Source: a phage. From it: DNA of 64,000 nucleotides. The stretch's first letter is position 1. Every line of letters begins with the position of its first letter. A program made the translations under genes and the position numbers. The notes beneath the pieces are model-generated. The model ran no database searches, was not told the origin of the DNA, and was given only the letters and a program-made list of their open reading frames with translations. Location of the stretch: the NCBI GenBank assembly GCA_024875585.1, contig GCA_024875585.1_4107.1, one strand, 5' to 3'. This document shows, piece after piece, positions 43,353-52,375 of this stretch.

Positions 43353-43553
43353 ATGTCTATCGCTATCGCCCTGGTCGAAGTACTGAAAGAAGCTAAAGCC
43401 AACCTTATCGATGTACAGATTAAGGAATTGCAAAATGGCTTAATCGGCTGTACTTGTACCGCTGGTGGCCCGTCAGACTATCGGGAATTCGAATCACTTG
43501 AATCGATGGTCCGTTATCTTACAATCATCGTAGAAGATTGGAGAATCATCTAA
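43353..43553 (+). CDS. hypothetical early protein (66 aa)
   Basis: promoter TTGACA...TATAAT + hairpin GCGGGGGAATAGTTCTCCCGC. Confidence 0.6.
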   Translation: MSIAIALVEVLKEAKANLIDVQIKELQNGLIGCTCTAGGPSDYREFESLESMVRYLTIIVEDWRII

Positions 43554-43572
43554 CAAAAAAAAAGAATAAAAA

Positions 43573-43597
43573 GGGATTGACTCCGGTCAGTCCCTTT
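43573..43597 (+). terminator. terminator hairpin (GGGATTGAC-UCCG-GTCAGTCCC + TTT)
   Basis: same cassette as 41282. Confidence 0.5.
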
Positions 43598-43623
43598 GCT
43601 ATTATATACGCATAGACAAAAAC

Positions 43624-43655
43624 TAGCCCACAGGGTGCATAGGTGTATCTAAAAT
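43624..43655. repeat. dispersed intergenic repeat, orientation A (diverged)
   Basis: AGCCCACAGGGTGCATAGGTGTATCTAAAATAT. Confidence 0.4.
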
Positions 43656-43799
43656 ATATAGTTAATAACGGTGAGTAACCATCTGCTGGTGGAGTGAAAA
43701 CTATTAATAAAAAGTATTGACAAAGTATATCAGTACTGCAATAATGTATCTCGTAGGGCGGCAATGGTGCGACGGCCCACAAAGTTAGGAGATACACAA

Positions 43800-44132
43800 A
43801 TGAGTACTTCAATCGCTATCGTTAAAGCTTTCATCCGTACCAACGTTTCATCTGTATTCATTGACGGATTGGATCGGGAAGTAGAATACTCAATCATTAT
43901 CGCACAAACGGCAAACGGTGCTCGGTACATCCTTAATGATAGTGAAGCAAATCACTACTACTTCACTAAAGCCACTGGCTTTAAACGCATCGATGCTGAT
44001 GTAGTATACGCTAAGATGAATAAGCTGGTAGATAAGATTAACACTAAAGGTACTATCGATTTACAGTACTGGACCGAAACCGATCCAGAATATGGATCTC
44101 ACCGCTACCTGAATCCAGGTATTAAAATGTAA
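43800..44132 (+). CDS. hypothetical protein (110 aa)
   Basis: ATG after SD AGGAGATA; promoter TTGACA...TGCAAT upstream. Confidence 0.6.
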   Translation: MSTSIAIVKAFIRTNVSSVFIDGLDREVEYSIIIAQTANGARYILNDSEANHYYFTKATGFKRIDADVVYAKMNKLVDKINTKGTIDLQYWTETDPEYGSHRYLNPGIKM

Positions 44133-44221
44133 AAAGTACTTGTGTAGCACTTAGATTTAAGTATAATGTTTTTCATAGAGAGGGGGAAATGGTTCTCCCT
44201 CATAAATTAAGGAGTTTTATC

Positions 44222-44623
44222 ATGACCTTCTCAATCACTTCCTTCGCTGACGTTTTAGTACTGGCTCGGACTTTTGGCAAAGCTGGCCTTGAGCACGCTG
44301 TAAGTAATGGTTATATGCACCCGGAATATTGCCGCATTATCGGTAGCTGCAAACGTTGGGCCGTGTCCCGTAATATTGAGATTGAAAACTTCAATGATGG
44401 TAACAACGAATATACAGTTGATGCAGTATTCGAATCCGTTGATCTCGGCGGTATCTATAACACTAACCTGAATGATGTGCGTATCGTTCGCACGGGGTTC
44501 GGTGCTTATGATGTATCTATCCGTGAAGCGATGGACAAGGGATACATTAGCAAGGATCAGTTAGCTTACATTATGCAGCAGACTAAAGAGCGTAATGAAG
44601 CACGCACTATCTTAGGTCTGTAA
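44222..44623 (+). CDS. hypothetical protein (133 aa)
   Basis: ATG after SD AAGGAG; track start lies in the hairpin. Confidence 0.6.
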   Translation: MTFSITSFADVLVLARTFGKAGLEHAVSNGYMHPEYCRIIGSCKRWAVSRNIEIENFNDGNNEYTVDAVFESVDLGGIYNTNLNDVRIVRTGFGAYDVSIREAMDKGYISKDQLAYIMQQTKERNEARTILGL

Positions 44624-44647
44624 GCATTACACATCACTAAACATCAT

Positions 44648-44667
44648 AGGCCGCTCTCTAGCGGCCT
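44648..44667 (+). promoter_or_regulatory. perfect hairpin AGGCCGCT-CUCU-AGCGGCCU (no T-tract)
   Basis: 8 bp GC-rich stem after 44222 gene; weak terminator or RNA stabiliser. Confidence 0.35.
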
Positions 44668-44691
44668 TAACTATATCAGGAGTACATACAC

Positions 44692-44901
44692 ATGATCTAT
44701 ACAGTATACAGCGTTCTAGGCACTATTGCAGGTGTACACGATAACGTCGATGATACTATGAGTACAGTACTGCAACAGGTTCCACTAAAGCCTAAGACAG
44801 TTAAGAAGATGACCGCACGACTAACCAGGGCGACGGCTGGCGTGGAAGTATGGCAGGACTACGGGGATACACAGGTAATCGTAAGCGTAACGAGGGATTA
44901 A
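44692..44901 (+). CDS. hypothetical protein (69 aa)
   Basis: SD CAGGAG. Confidence 0.55.
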   Translation: MIYTVYSVLGTIAGVHDNVDDTMSTVLQQVPLKPKTVKKMTARLTRATAGVEVWQDYGDTQVIVSVTRD

Positions 44902-44929
44902 TACGTAAAATGATTTAGTACTGATTCAG

Positions 44930-44995
44930 AAAAAAGTCAAGGCGTTTTTAAAATTATGCGTTAAAAAAATGCATAGGTAATCCCTTGACTTTTTT
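44930..44995. promoter_or_regulatory. 13 bp inverted repeat AAAAAAGTCAAGG / CCTTGACTTTTTT separated by 40 bp
   Basis: perfect inverted repeat in non-coding DNA ahead of family L array. Confidence 0.4.
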
Positions 44996-45093
44996 GAAAT
45001 AAAAGGGATTGGACTATGGCAAAATGCGTAGGGGGGCTAAAGTGCGGGTAACTTAGCGGCTTCGATAAAGGGGTATTACGAATAAAATGTTAT

Positions 45094-45123
45094 TGACTTT
45101 TTATATAAATCGTATAAAATATG
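45094..45123 (+). promoter_or_regulatory. candidate promoter for family L array (TTGACT...TATGAT)
   Basis: hexamers with about 18 bp spacing; weak. Confidence 0.3.
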
Positions 45124-45150
45124 ATTGATAATAATTTTAAGGGAGTCCCT

Positions 45151-45348
45151 GTGCGTATTTTAACTCAAGCAGAACACCACGAAAGACTTATCAATAACAT
45201 GGCTATGATAATGTATAAGTCCCATGACCGTGGTATTGCCTATAAGCGTGAATTAGTACTGGAACTATTCATTGGAACTAACTTTCAGGAAAGGTATGTC
45301 AACGATTGGATTTGGTATTTAATTGAAGATATAACGAGTAAACTATGA
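45151..45348 (+). CDS. family L small protein
   Basis: GTG start 5 nt after SD AAGGGAG gives MRILTQAEH (family-like N-terminus); motif FIGTNFQERYV. Confidence 0.5.
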   Translation: MRILTQAEHHERLINNMAMIMYKSHDRGIAYKRELVLELFIGTNFQERYVNDWIWYLIEDITSKL

Positions 45349-45539
45349 TCATTTTAAATAAAGAAGAATATCAAGAACTGTTACGTAAAAACTTTGTAAA
45401 GATTTATAATACAGACACACACGTAGAACGAATGGAGTTATACCTTTTGATTACATTGGGAACTAACTATCAGGAAAGATGGGTGATTCAATATATGGAT
45501 ACATTGAAAAATAAAATATTGTCCACGAGGAAACAATGA
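45345..45539 (+). CDS. family L small protein
   Basis: motif TLGTNYQERWV; ATGA coupling. Confidence 0.65.
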   Translation: MIILNKEEYQELLRKNFVKIYNTDTHVERMELYLLITLGTNYQERWVIQYMDTLKNKILSTRKQ

Positions 45540-45745
45540 AAACTATAACACGAACCCAATCATACGGACTTATCTTGAAATACATGGACTTAATGGTGGA
45601 TATCAGCAAAGACCTGCCTAAAACTGCAATTGAAGTTGCAAGAGCAGAGATCCGCATGTTGGCTGTACTGAACACAAACCATCAGGAAGAGTATGTTGAC
45701 GATTGGATTCGATTTTTAATAGAAGATATTAAGAGTAAACTATGA
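45536..45745 (+). CDS. family L small protein
   Basis: motif VLNTNHQEEYV; ATGA coupling. Confidence 0.65.
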   Translation: MKTITRTQSYGLILKYMDLMVDISKDLPKTAIEVARAEIRMLAVLNTNHQEEYVDDWIRFLIEDIKSKL

Positions 45746-45954
45746 TTATATTAACACCTGAAGAATATAAGAAACGTTTTAATTCTGTCCAGACTGAAAT
45801 ATTACTTATATACCTTTCAAATGCAGATCTTAACTTATCAAGGGTAATGGAGAAGGATTTACTTATGGGTGCATTTTTGGATACAGACTTTCAGGAGTAT
45901 TATGTAGGGGAATACTTTATTGCACTTCAGAACCACATTAAGAGTAAACTATGA
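45742..45954 (+). CDS. family L small protein
   Basis: motif FLDTDFQEYYV; ATGA coupling. Confidence 0.65.
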   Translation: MIILTPEEYKKRFNSVQTEILLIYLSNADLNLSRVMEKDLLMGAFLDTDFQEYYVGEYFIALQNHIKSKL

Positions 45955-46166
45955 TTATTCTAGAAAAATCATATCAATATACTGAACGCATCGCTGCCAG
46001 ACAACTTGAAATCCTCATAATATACGAAGAGACTTCTGATTTAAACTTAGCCGAGGTATTGGAAAATGAAATACTTTTGGGTGCATTCTTGGGAACAGAC
46101 TATCAGGAGTATTATGAGGAAAAGTATTTGTCATCTCTTGAGAAATACGTCAGGAGCAAACTATGA
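45951..46166 (+). CDS. family L small protein
   Basis: motif FLGTDYQEYY; ATGA coupling. Confidence 0.65.
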   Translation: MIILEKSYQYTERIAARQLEILIIYEETSDLNLAEVLENEILLGAFLGTDYQEYYEEKYLSSLEKYVRSKL

Positions 46167-46390
46167 AACATTTAAGTAATATAGAGAAGAATAAAATTAT
46201 CATTGCTGTAATAAACAAATATTTTACACTTCCACAAAAAGAATGTTTATCTATAAGGGAACACAGGATAAACACCACCGAGATTCGCATGTTGGCTGTA
46301 CTGGGGACTAACTTCCAAGAAGGCTATGTTCATGAGCACATCGTTGCACTCACTAATTACATAATGGACAAATGTAATGAACATCATTAA
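46163..46390 (+). CDS. family L small protein
   Basis: motif VLGTNFQEGYV. Confidence 0.65.
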   Translation: MKHLSNIEKNKIIIAVINKYFTLPQKECLSIREHRINTTEIRMLAVLGTNFQEGYVHEHIVALTNYIMDKCNEHH

Positions 46391-46601
46391 TAACTTTGAA
46401 TACGAGGCCCGTGCTAAGAGTGCCAGAAAAAAAGAGAACACCATTTACTTCACTATGATGTACTTACAATGGACTGAAATTGAAGAAAAGGTTGCTGAAG
46501 TATGGATGTTGGAATTCATGGGGACGCAGTATCAGAATAGGTTTGCGGGTGAGTATATCAATGTTCTTATGAAACAAATAGAAAGGAAGGAAAAGAACTA
46601 A
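46377..46601 (+). CDS. family L small protein
   Basis: motif FMGTQYQNRF. Confidence 0.6.
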   Translation: MNIINNFEYEARAKSARKKENTIYFTMMYLQWTEIEEKVAEVWMLEFMGTQYQNRFAGEYINVLMKQIERKEKN

Positions 46602-46690
46602 TGGAGGGATGCTGTACTTTATTGGAACTTTTATATATTCATGAACACATAGTTGCCCTCACAAATCTAATAAAGGATAAATGTAAATGA
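46601..46690 (+). pseudogene. family L gene remnant (29-codon ORF matching only the C-terminal third)
   Basis: HEHIVALTNLIKDKCK matches C-terminus of 46163 gene; GTNYQE core absent; still start/stop-coupled. Confidence 0.4.
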
Positions 46691-46944
46691 AACACTTGAC
46701 TGATGATGAACATGAAACTATAATTCGTAAACTAACCCCCATCACAAGGATAGTCTACGGTGATCCCAGCCTCACATGGAACCAAATGCGAGCTAAAGTT
46801 AATGAGCTATGGTTGCTGTACTTTATGGGGACTCAATATCAAGATAAGTTTTGCACAGAATATATCGAACAATTAACGAATGTTATACAGGATAAACTAA
46901 ATGAACGAATTGTGGAAAAATATGAAAACTTTATCAAGCATTGA
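46687..46944 (+). CDS. family L small protein
   Basis: motif FMGTQYQDKF. Confidence 0.65.
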   Translation: MKHLTDDEHETIIRKLTPITRIVYGDPSLTWNQMRAKVNELWLLYFMGTQYQDKFCTEYIEQLTNVIQDKLNERIVEKYENFIKH

Positions 46945-47173
46945 GTATCAGACTGCCCTCTTCTCTCTTCTAAACACCCTCCGCACGAACAATAAACTTT
47001 ATAATTCCCGTGAAGCTGATATTGTCAACGCTGATGTATATCTTAATAAATTTATAGGGACTAACTATCAAGAACTGTTTGTTTTACGATATATCTCTGC
47101 ACTAAGAAACGAAATATCAGATAAAACCCGCCAAGCCAGAAGAGAATGGAAGAGACAATGCAACAAAGACTAA
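46901..47173 (+). CDS. family L small protein
   Basis: motif FIGTNYQELFV; start may be internal ATG at 46922. Confidence 0.6.
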   Translation: MNELWKNMKTLSSIEYQTALFSLLNTLRTNNKLYNSREADIVNADVYLNKFIGTNYQELFVLRYISALRNEISDKTRQARREWKRQCNKD

Positions 47174-47409
47174 ATCACAAAATGTATTGTAAACTATTAC
47201 AGAATCTAGGACAAAAACACTATGATACAGTATCTGAAATATTACCCTATGATATCATGCGTTTAATTCATAGTGAGGCAGAGATGCTTGTACTGATGAC
47301 CGGTACTGATAAAACAGCAATCACCAGATCGATAGAGCAATATATTGATGCACACTGTCAATGTATTAGAACTGAGATATGGAGGCGAGTAAATGAAAGT
47401 ACTGAATGA
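47146..47409 (+). CDS. family L small protein (diverged)
   Basis: motif LMTGTDKTAI. Confidence 0.5.
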   Translation: MEETMQQRLNHKMYCKLLQNLGQKHYDTVSEILPYDIMRLIHSEAEMLVLMTGTDKTAITRSIEQYIDAHCQCIRTEIWRRVNESTE

Positions 47410-47608
47410 GTATCAGTATCATTGGAGGTTACAAACTATAAGAGGGAAAGTTGTTAGTATTTCTTTAGATAAGTCTATTGCACAAGAGGACAAATGTGTT
47501 ATAATAGCTGAAATGAAGTTGGGTGTATTTGTAGGAACAAACTATCAAAACATCTACACTGACGTATTATTAAGTGCCTTACGCAACAAGGTGTTATCCA
47601 GAGAATGA
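47393..47608 (+). CDS. family L small protein
   Basis: motif FVGTNYQNIY; SD GGAGG. Confidence 0.65.
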   Translation: MKVLNEYQYHWRLQTIRGKVVSISLDKSIAQEDKCVIIAEMKLGVFVGTNYQNIYTDVLLSALRNKVLSRE

Positions 47609-47823
47609 GAAAATTAATAGGTTACGAATATGTTAAGCTTCTGAAAACCTGTAGTATTAGCAGGGTAAAGATTCAATCTGATAAGAGTATTCCTGTTGAA
47701 CTAAAGTACGCAATGATGGCTGAACTTTATGTAGGTGCACTATTGGGGACAAACTATCAACAAATGTATGTAGACCTATGGGTTGACGCACTACTGAAAG
47801 AGGTCCAAAGTAAATGCAAATGA
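47605..47823 (+). CDS. family L small protein
   Basis: motif LLGTNYQQMYV. Confidence 0.65.
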   Translation: MRKLIGYEYVKLLKTCSISRVKIQSDKSIPVELKYAMMAELYVGALLGTNYQQMYVDLWVDALLKEVQSKCK

Positions 47824-48035
47824 TTCATTTATCTTACTATGAATATCAAAAACGTTTAAATGCATCAAGGGATATAAGGATTAAAATCTACAATAACAAA
47901 AGATTGAAATCTGAAGCCAAAAAAATCAAAATGATAGAAGCTGAATTATGCAACTTCCTTGGGACGAACTATCAGGATGATAAGGTAACAAACTATCTTA
48001 GAGAACTAATGATTAGTATCAAGAGTAAATGTTAG
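47814..48035 (+). CDS. family L small protein
   Basis: motif FLGTNYQDDKV. Confidence 0.65.
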   Translation: MQMIHLSYYEYQKRLNASRDIRIKIYNNKRLKSEAKKIKMIEAELCNFLGTNYQDDKVTNYLRELMISIKSKC

Positions 48036-48039
48036 GCAG

Positions 48040-48297
48040 ATGTACATGAAAATGATTAAATTATCTCAAGCAAAATATAAAGAACGCCTGGTGAAAATTG
48101 CACCTAGACTTAATGAAATCCATCACGGAGAAGTCATTAAACACGGAAATAAGATGATTATGAAACTTGAGTTAAAGGTGGGTGCATTCATAGGAACAAA
48201 CTATCAGGAGTATTATGTAGATGAATACATAATCGCACTTAAGAGATACATTGGAAGAAAACTATATCTACAAACTAAAGAATTGTATTGCAAATAA
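48040..48297 (+). CDS. family L small protein
   Basis: motif FIGTNYQEYYV. Confidence 0.65.
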   Translation: MYMKMIKLSQAKYKERLVKIAPRLNEIHHGEVIKHGNKMIMKLELKVGAFIGTNYQEYYVDEYIIALKRYIGRKLYLQTKELYCK

Positions 48298-48314
48298 ATG
48301 CAAGGATAATGAAT

Positions 48315-48578
48315 ATGAAAATGATCAATTTAAGTAAAGATGAATATACCGAGCGTATGACAAAAATTACGCACAAACGTAATACAATCTATCACAACCC
48401 AGAAATTCAACACAGTAAGAAAATGATTATGATGCGTGAGTTAAAGATGGGTGTATTCTTAGGAACAAACTATCAAGATACAGAAGTAAATCGCTTAATC
48501 GCGGAGTTACTACTGGAAATCAGAGGTAAGCTGTACTTTCATCAAATGACCCAACCACTGAGGTGTACTAAGAAATGA
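48315..48578 (+). CDS. family L small protein
   Basis: motif FLGTNYQDTEV; ATG after SD AAGGATA (track start 48288 further upstream). Confidence 0.6.
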   Translation: MKMINLSKDEYTERMTKITHKRNTIYHNPEIQHSKKMIMMRELKMGVFLGTNYQDTEVNRLIAELLLEIRGKLYFHQMTQPLRCTKK

Positions 48579-48790
48579 TCAACATCACATTGCAAGAAAG
48601 ATTCATCCGAATCAACTATGCAATTACCAAATTAGATGCTACTATAGGATTCCAAAGTCTACCGTTCCAAACAAGAATGATATTAGAGTGCGAAGCTAAA
48701 TTGGGTGTACTGTTAGGAACGCAACACCAACAACGATATGTGGAAATCTGGATTGATCTTTTAACCCAAAATGTACATGAGAAAATGTAA
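48575..48790 (+). CDS. family L small protein
   Basis: motif LLGTQHQQRYV. Confidence 0.65.
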   Translation: MINITLQERFIRINYAITKLDATIGFQSLPFQTRMILECEAKLGVLLGTQHQQRYVEIWIDLLTQNVHEKM

Positions 48791-49027
48791 ATGAAAAATG
48801 AAATGATATACTTAACGAATGAAGAGTTTCAAGAGAAGATGTTAAAAATCTATGATAATACTCTTGAGTACGTTCCAAATCAATCAATATATGAAGTGTC
48901 TGCGAATGTATTATTTCAGAAGCTACCATACGTTCTTGGAACGGATAAACAAGAATTTATGGTCAAAAATATGATTGAACATCTTATGATGAGTATTAAG
49001 GAAAAAGTGAATGCAAAAGAAAAATGA
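48791..49027 (+). CDS. family L small protein
   Basis: motif VLGTDKQEFMV. Confidence 0.6.
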   Translation: MKNEMIYLTNEEFQEKMLKIYDNTLEYVPNQSIYEVSANVLFQKLPYVLGTDKQEFMVKNMIEHLMMSIKEKVNAKEK

Positions 49028-49274
49028 AATGATATACTTAACACCTGCTGAGTTAACAGAAAGACTAGTTAAATCCAGAAGATATACAAATCAACTTCCT
49101 CACAACCCAAATCAAACCCCAGCGGAAAGGAGTGCAGAAGTTTTATTCCAATCACTACCATACCTTCTTGGAACTAATAGACAAGAGTATCATATCGAAC
49201 GTATAATTAAATATCTTAAAATTACTATTAAGGAAAAAGTAAATGCTCAAGAATTTAAAAATCCTAACAGTTAA
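49011..49274 (+). CDS. family L small protein
   Basis: motif LLGTNRQEYHI; N-terminus near-duplicate of 48791 gene. Confidence 0.6.
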   Translation: MQKKNEMIYLTPAELTERLVKSRRYTNQLPHNPNQTPAERSAEVLFQSLPYLLGTNRQEYHIERIIKYLKITIKEKVNAQEFKNPNS

Positions 49275-49485
49275 TGAATATCATAAGATTGTAATGAAAA
49301 CTAATAGTGCAATTTCTAAAAAATCAAACCCAAAGTACATACTGGAACACACATTTGAAGAACGTCAATTAGCTTTAGTTGAAGCAAAACTTCTTGCACT
49401 ATTAGGAACAAACTATCAGGAAGAATACATCAGAAAACTAATATACCTTTTAACTAAACACATCAGGAAAAGAAAAAAAGCATGA
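49243..49485 (+). CDS. family L small protein
   Basis: motif LLGTNYQEEYI. Confidence 0.65.
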   Translation: MLKNLKILTVNEYHKIVMKTNSAISKKSNPKYILEHTFEERQLALVEAKLLALLGTNYQEEYIRKLIYLLTKHIRKRKKA

Positions 49486-49712
49486 AGCACTTGACAGATG
49501 ATGAACATGGGCTTATAGTAATGGATGTAATCAACATCGAATACAAAAAGTTGATACGCTATCGTTGTTATGAAGATAAGCAACTAGTTCTAGCAGAACA
49601 GAAGTTGTTTCGACTCTTAAACACAAACTTCCAAGCACAATACGAAGAATCGTATATGTACCTTTTGGCGAGGAAAGCAAAAAGAGATTATGAAAATTTT
49701 AAGCAAAGGTGA
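49482..49712 (+). CDS. family L small protein
   Basis: motif LLNTNFQAQY. Confidence 0.6.
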   Translation: MKHLTDDEHGLIVMDVINIEYKKLIRYRCYEDKQLVLAEQKLFRLLNTNFQAQYEESYMYLLARKAKRDYENFKQR

Positions 49713-49911
49713 TTCAGTAATATTACTTATAGAGAGTTCAAATAAATTCTTAAACATAACACTGTCTGATATAGATGAAGATGATAAAGAAGTACTGAGA
49801 GCAGATTTAAGAGTACTGTTACATCTCGGAACAAACCTACAAGAAGAATATGTAGAGTACTACATTGATGAACTTAAAGAATCAGTACTGAGAAGATGCA
49901 AATGCGAATGA
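49690..49911 (+). CDS. family L small protein
   Basis: motif HLGTNLQEEYV. Confidence 0.6.
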   Translation: MKILSKGDSVILLIESSNKFLNITLSDIDEDDKEVLRADLRVLLHLGTNLQEEYVEYYIDELKESVLRRCKCE

Positions 49912-50123
49912 TTACCGACGAAGAATACCTAACAATTATAAATGGATTGTTTTTGAAGTTGTTTGTTATTAACACATCAGATATACCAGATATGGATAAA
50001 ATTATTAAGAGAAATGAAATCTATGTTCTAGCTACCCTGGGAACTAACTATCAAGAATGCAATATTAATGATTATATTAATACACTTAAAGGAGCGATTG
50101 AACTAAAATGCCAAAACCACTAG
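49896..50123 (+). CDS. family L small protein
   Basis: motif TLGTNYQECNI. Confidence 0.65.
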   Translation: MQMRMITDEEYLTIINGLFLKLFVINTSDIPDMDKIIKRNEIYVLATLGTNYQECNINDYINTLKGAIELKCQNH

Positions 50124-50323
50124 GAACAGCAGAATACATTGAACTCATGGGATTACACTTCTCATCCTTTCAGAAACTTATGCGAGAATCAAAGAATGAT
50201 TTAGAATATACCATCAGAGGTTCAGATTTAAGAATGCTTCTCACCCTAGACACAGATTCCCAAGAGAGATTTGTCAATGAGCATATTAGAGCACTTTTAA
50301 TGGAAATTAAAAGTAAACTATGA
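50108..50323 (+). CDS. family L small protein
   Basis: motif TLDTDSQERFV. Confidence 0.6.
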   Translation: MPKPLGTAEYIELMGLHFSSFQKLMRESKNDLEYTIRGSDLRMLLTLDTDSQERFVNEHIRALLMEIKSKL

Positions 50324-50535
50324 AGGTAATATCAAACCAAGAGTACTTGGCACTATTCAGGAAGAATAATCACAAATATATGGCACTTGATTCAAGAACT
50401 GATATAGGGGAACTTGAAAAAAATCTTTTGCGTTCAGAGATGATAGTACTGACACTCTTAGGAACACAACATCAAGAGAGAACTGTTGATTCATATATTG
50501 AGATTCTTAAGAAGCTTATACAGGAAAAACTATGA
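50320..50535 (+). CDS. family L small protein
   Basis: motif LLGTQHQERTV. Confidence 0.65.
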   Translation: MKVISNQEYLALFRKNNHKYMALDSRTDIGELEKNLLRSEMIVLTLLGTQHQERTVDSYIEILKKLIQEKL

Positions 50536-50762
50536 GAATCATAACACAAACAGACATATTTAAGTTAGCAAGGGAACATACATCTGAAATTGATGCTATA
50601 GTATCAAAAAGTTACAATGACCCTTATACACAAGATGTGCACTACAATGAATTATGGGTGTATATACTTTTAGGTACAAATTATCAAGAGCAAGCAGTAC
50701 AGAAGTATTTGGCAGCTTTAAGTACTGCTACTGCTAATAGTATAGGTATTAAAAAATGCTAG
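50532..50762 (+). CDS. family L small protein
   Basis: motif LLGTNYQEQAV. Confidence 0.65.
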   Translation: MRIITQTDIFKLAREHTSEIDAIVSKSYNDPYTQDVHYNELWVYILLGTNYQEQAVQKYLAALSTATANSIGIKKC

Positions 50763-50992
50763 TACTGACAGAACTAGAAATGTATCATAGATTTAATAAG
50801 TACTATCATTTACTTAAGCCTATACAGAGGATTAAATGTCCATTTGAAGAGAAACAGGTATTAATTTATGAGCATAAGTTATTTGTATCATTAGGTACGA
50901 ATGAACAAGAGTATTATTTGAAGTTGTACTTAATTACTTTAATTGAATTGATTAATCACAAAACACAGAAAGCTAAGAAATCTAAAAAATGA
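50756..50992 (+). CDS. family L small protein
   Basis: motif SLGTNEQEYYL. Confidence 0.6.
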   Translation: MLVLTELEMYHRFNKYYHLLKPIQRIKCPFEEKQVLIYEHKLFVSLGTNEQEYYLKLYLITLIELINHKTQKAKKSKK

Positions 50993-51327
50993 AAACTAAT
51001 ATTCAACTCAAGGTATACATATCTTATGAATCTATATACATCAAATGCAGTCTATGTAAAGATGTAATGGATTATAAAGGTAAGCCATTCACAATTACTT
51101 ACAGTCTAACAGGAGGCTTTTATATATCTTTTGTTGATTACGAAAATAAAATATACAAGCACATTGATATTAAAGATTTAAGTACCTTGTCAGATGAGGA
51201 ATACTTTCAAGAATCATTAGTATGGGATTTAGAGTTTCCTATGACATTAGTACACAAAATGATAGTACTAATGAAAGAAACTAAACCTGAGCCGAGTGGT
51301 TATGAAGAATTCATTATTGAGTATTAA
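50989..51327 (+). CDS. family B protein (112 aa) interleaved in family L array
   Basis: motif DEEYFQESLVWD. Confidence 0.6.
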   Translation: MKTNIQLKVYISYESIYIKCSLCKDVMDYKGKPFTITYSLTGGFYISFVDYENKIYKHIDIKDLSTLSDEEYFQESLVWDLEFPMTLVHKMIVLMKETKPEPSGYEEFIIEY

Positions 51328-51339
51328 GAGTACTGATAT

Positions 51340-51555
51340 ATGAAAAGATTATCATACAAAGATTACAGTAAACTTATCAGTACTTTACAACCAGAAATTA
51401 GAAGAATTAATTATCTTCCTATACCCAACGAAGAACGTGTAGTACTGAAAAATGAGTTAATATTAAAACGCACAGTAGGTACTAACTATCAAGATAATAG
51501 TGTTTGCGATTTAATTAGAGGGTTAATGATCACAATAAAGGCCAAGTGCTATTGA
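51340..51555 (+). CDS. family L small protein
   Basis: motif TVGTNYQDNSV. Confidence 0.65.
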   Translation: MKRLSYKDYSKLISTLQPEIRRINYLPIPNEERVVLKNELILKRTVGTNYQDNSVCDLIRGLMITIKAKCY

Positions 51556-51561
51556 CAGTAC

Positions 51562-51590
51562 TTGACGGAGCTTTTCATTACTGATATAGT
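51562..51590 (+). promoter_or_regulatory. sigma70-like promoter TTGACG-N17-TATAGT
   Basis: internal promoter within the array. Confidence 0.45.
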
Positions 51591-51619
51591 ACACTAACGT
51601 TAATCATAGGGTAGAAATT

Positions 51620-51865
51620 ATGTTAAAATTTTTAAATTTCCTTATCGTCTTGTGTATTGTTCTTGGGATTGCACCGTTTGTACTGGTGTATATGGATTCA
51701 GATGAAATGCAAAAGATGAATTGCACAAAGACGGGACAGAGTAGAGAAGAGACGATTCTTATGCCTGTTACTGTTATTGTTAATAATATGCCCATTACAA
51801 ACATGGTCCCTACCCTAACGACAACGTACCAGTACTCTTGTACAGACGGGGAGAGGTGGAGATGA
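51620..51865 (+). CDS. small protein with N-terminal hydrophobic segment (81 aa)
   Basis: MLKFLNFLIVLCIVLGIAPFVLVYM looks like a signal peptide or TM helix. Confidence 0.5.
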   Translation: MLKFLNFLIVLCIVLGIAPFVLVYMDSDEMQKMNCTKTGQSREETILMPVTVIVNNMPITNMVPTLTTTYQYSCTDGERWR

Positions 51866-52182
51866 AATTTAATATAGCAAAAACATCGAATGTATGTATA
51901 TTTGGTTATGCAGAAGAGTTAGGTGATATTGACATTCTTTTGTACAAAAAGGATGGTGTTATGCATTTCAAGTACCAGGATGAAGAGGCAGACAATTATC
52001 TTTTGCCTAATTTAGTACAAATGCAGGAAGAGGAATTATTCCAGTACAGCTTAGTATATGACATTGATATTTGCACGATGCCAGTACTAATTAATATTCA
52101 AAAAGTGATGCTCGATGTGTTTGATAGGCTAATACAAGGCACACAAGGAAGAACCATATATGTCAATGTACAAGACAATTAA
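51862..52182 (+). CDS. family B protein (106 aa)
   Basis: motif EELFQYSLVYD; ATG after SD GGAGAGGTGGAG (track start 51838). Confidence 0.6.
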   Translation: MKFNIAKTSNVCIFGYAEELGDIDILLYKKDGVMHFKYQDEEADNYLLPNLVQMQEEELFQYSLVYDIDICTMPVLINIQKVMLDVFDRLIQGTQGRTIYVNVQDN

Positions 52183-52375
52183 TCAAGAATGGAAGAATCA
52201 AAAGTACAGAGAATTCAATAGGAATTTTACAAAAGACGAATTGAATATAAAAACAACAGAATTTGATATGTTTATTTTTCTCGGAACACGTTCTCAGGAG
52301 CAATTTGTTCATTATTATATAAATTCGTTGCGAGCGGAGATAGTATGCAAAACAAAGGGTATTATAAAAAGGTAA
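52160..52375 (+). CDS. family L small protein
   Basis: motif FLGTRSQEQFV. Confidence 0.6.
   Translation: MSMYKTINQEWKNQKYREFNRNFTKDELNIKTTEFDMFIFLGTRSQEQFVHYYINSLRAEIVCKTKGIIKR

Noticed and set aside
51838-52182. TEV/NIa-protease cleavage site as a firm functional call for the E-x-x-Y-x-Q-(G/S) matches in family B
   Set aside because: The strict pattern is present in only some members (others have L, W or F at P3, or no Glu at P6), and no Gln-specific protease gene is visible in this window. It is kept as a hypothesis in the findings, not as an annotation.
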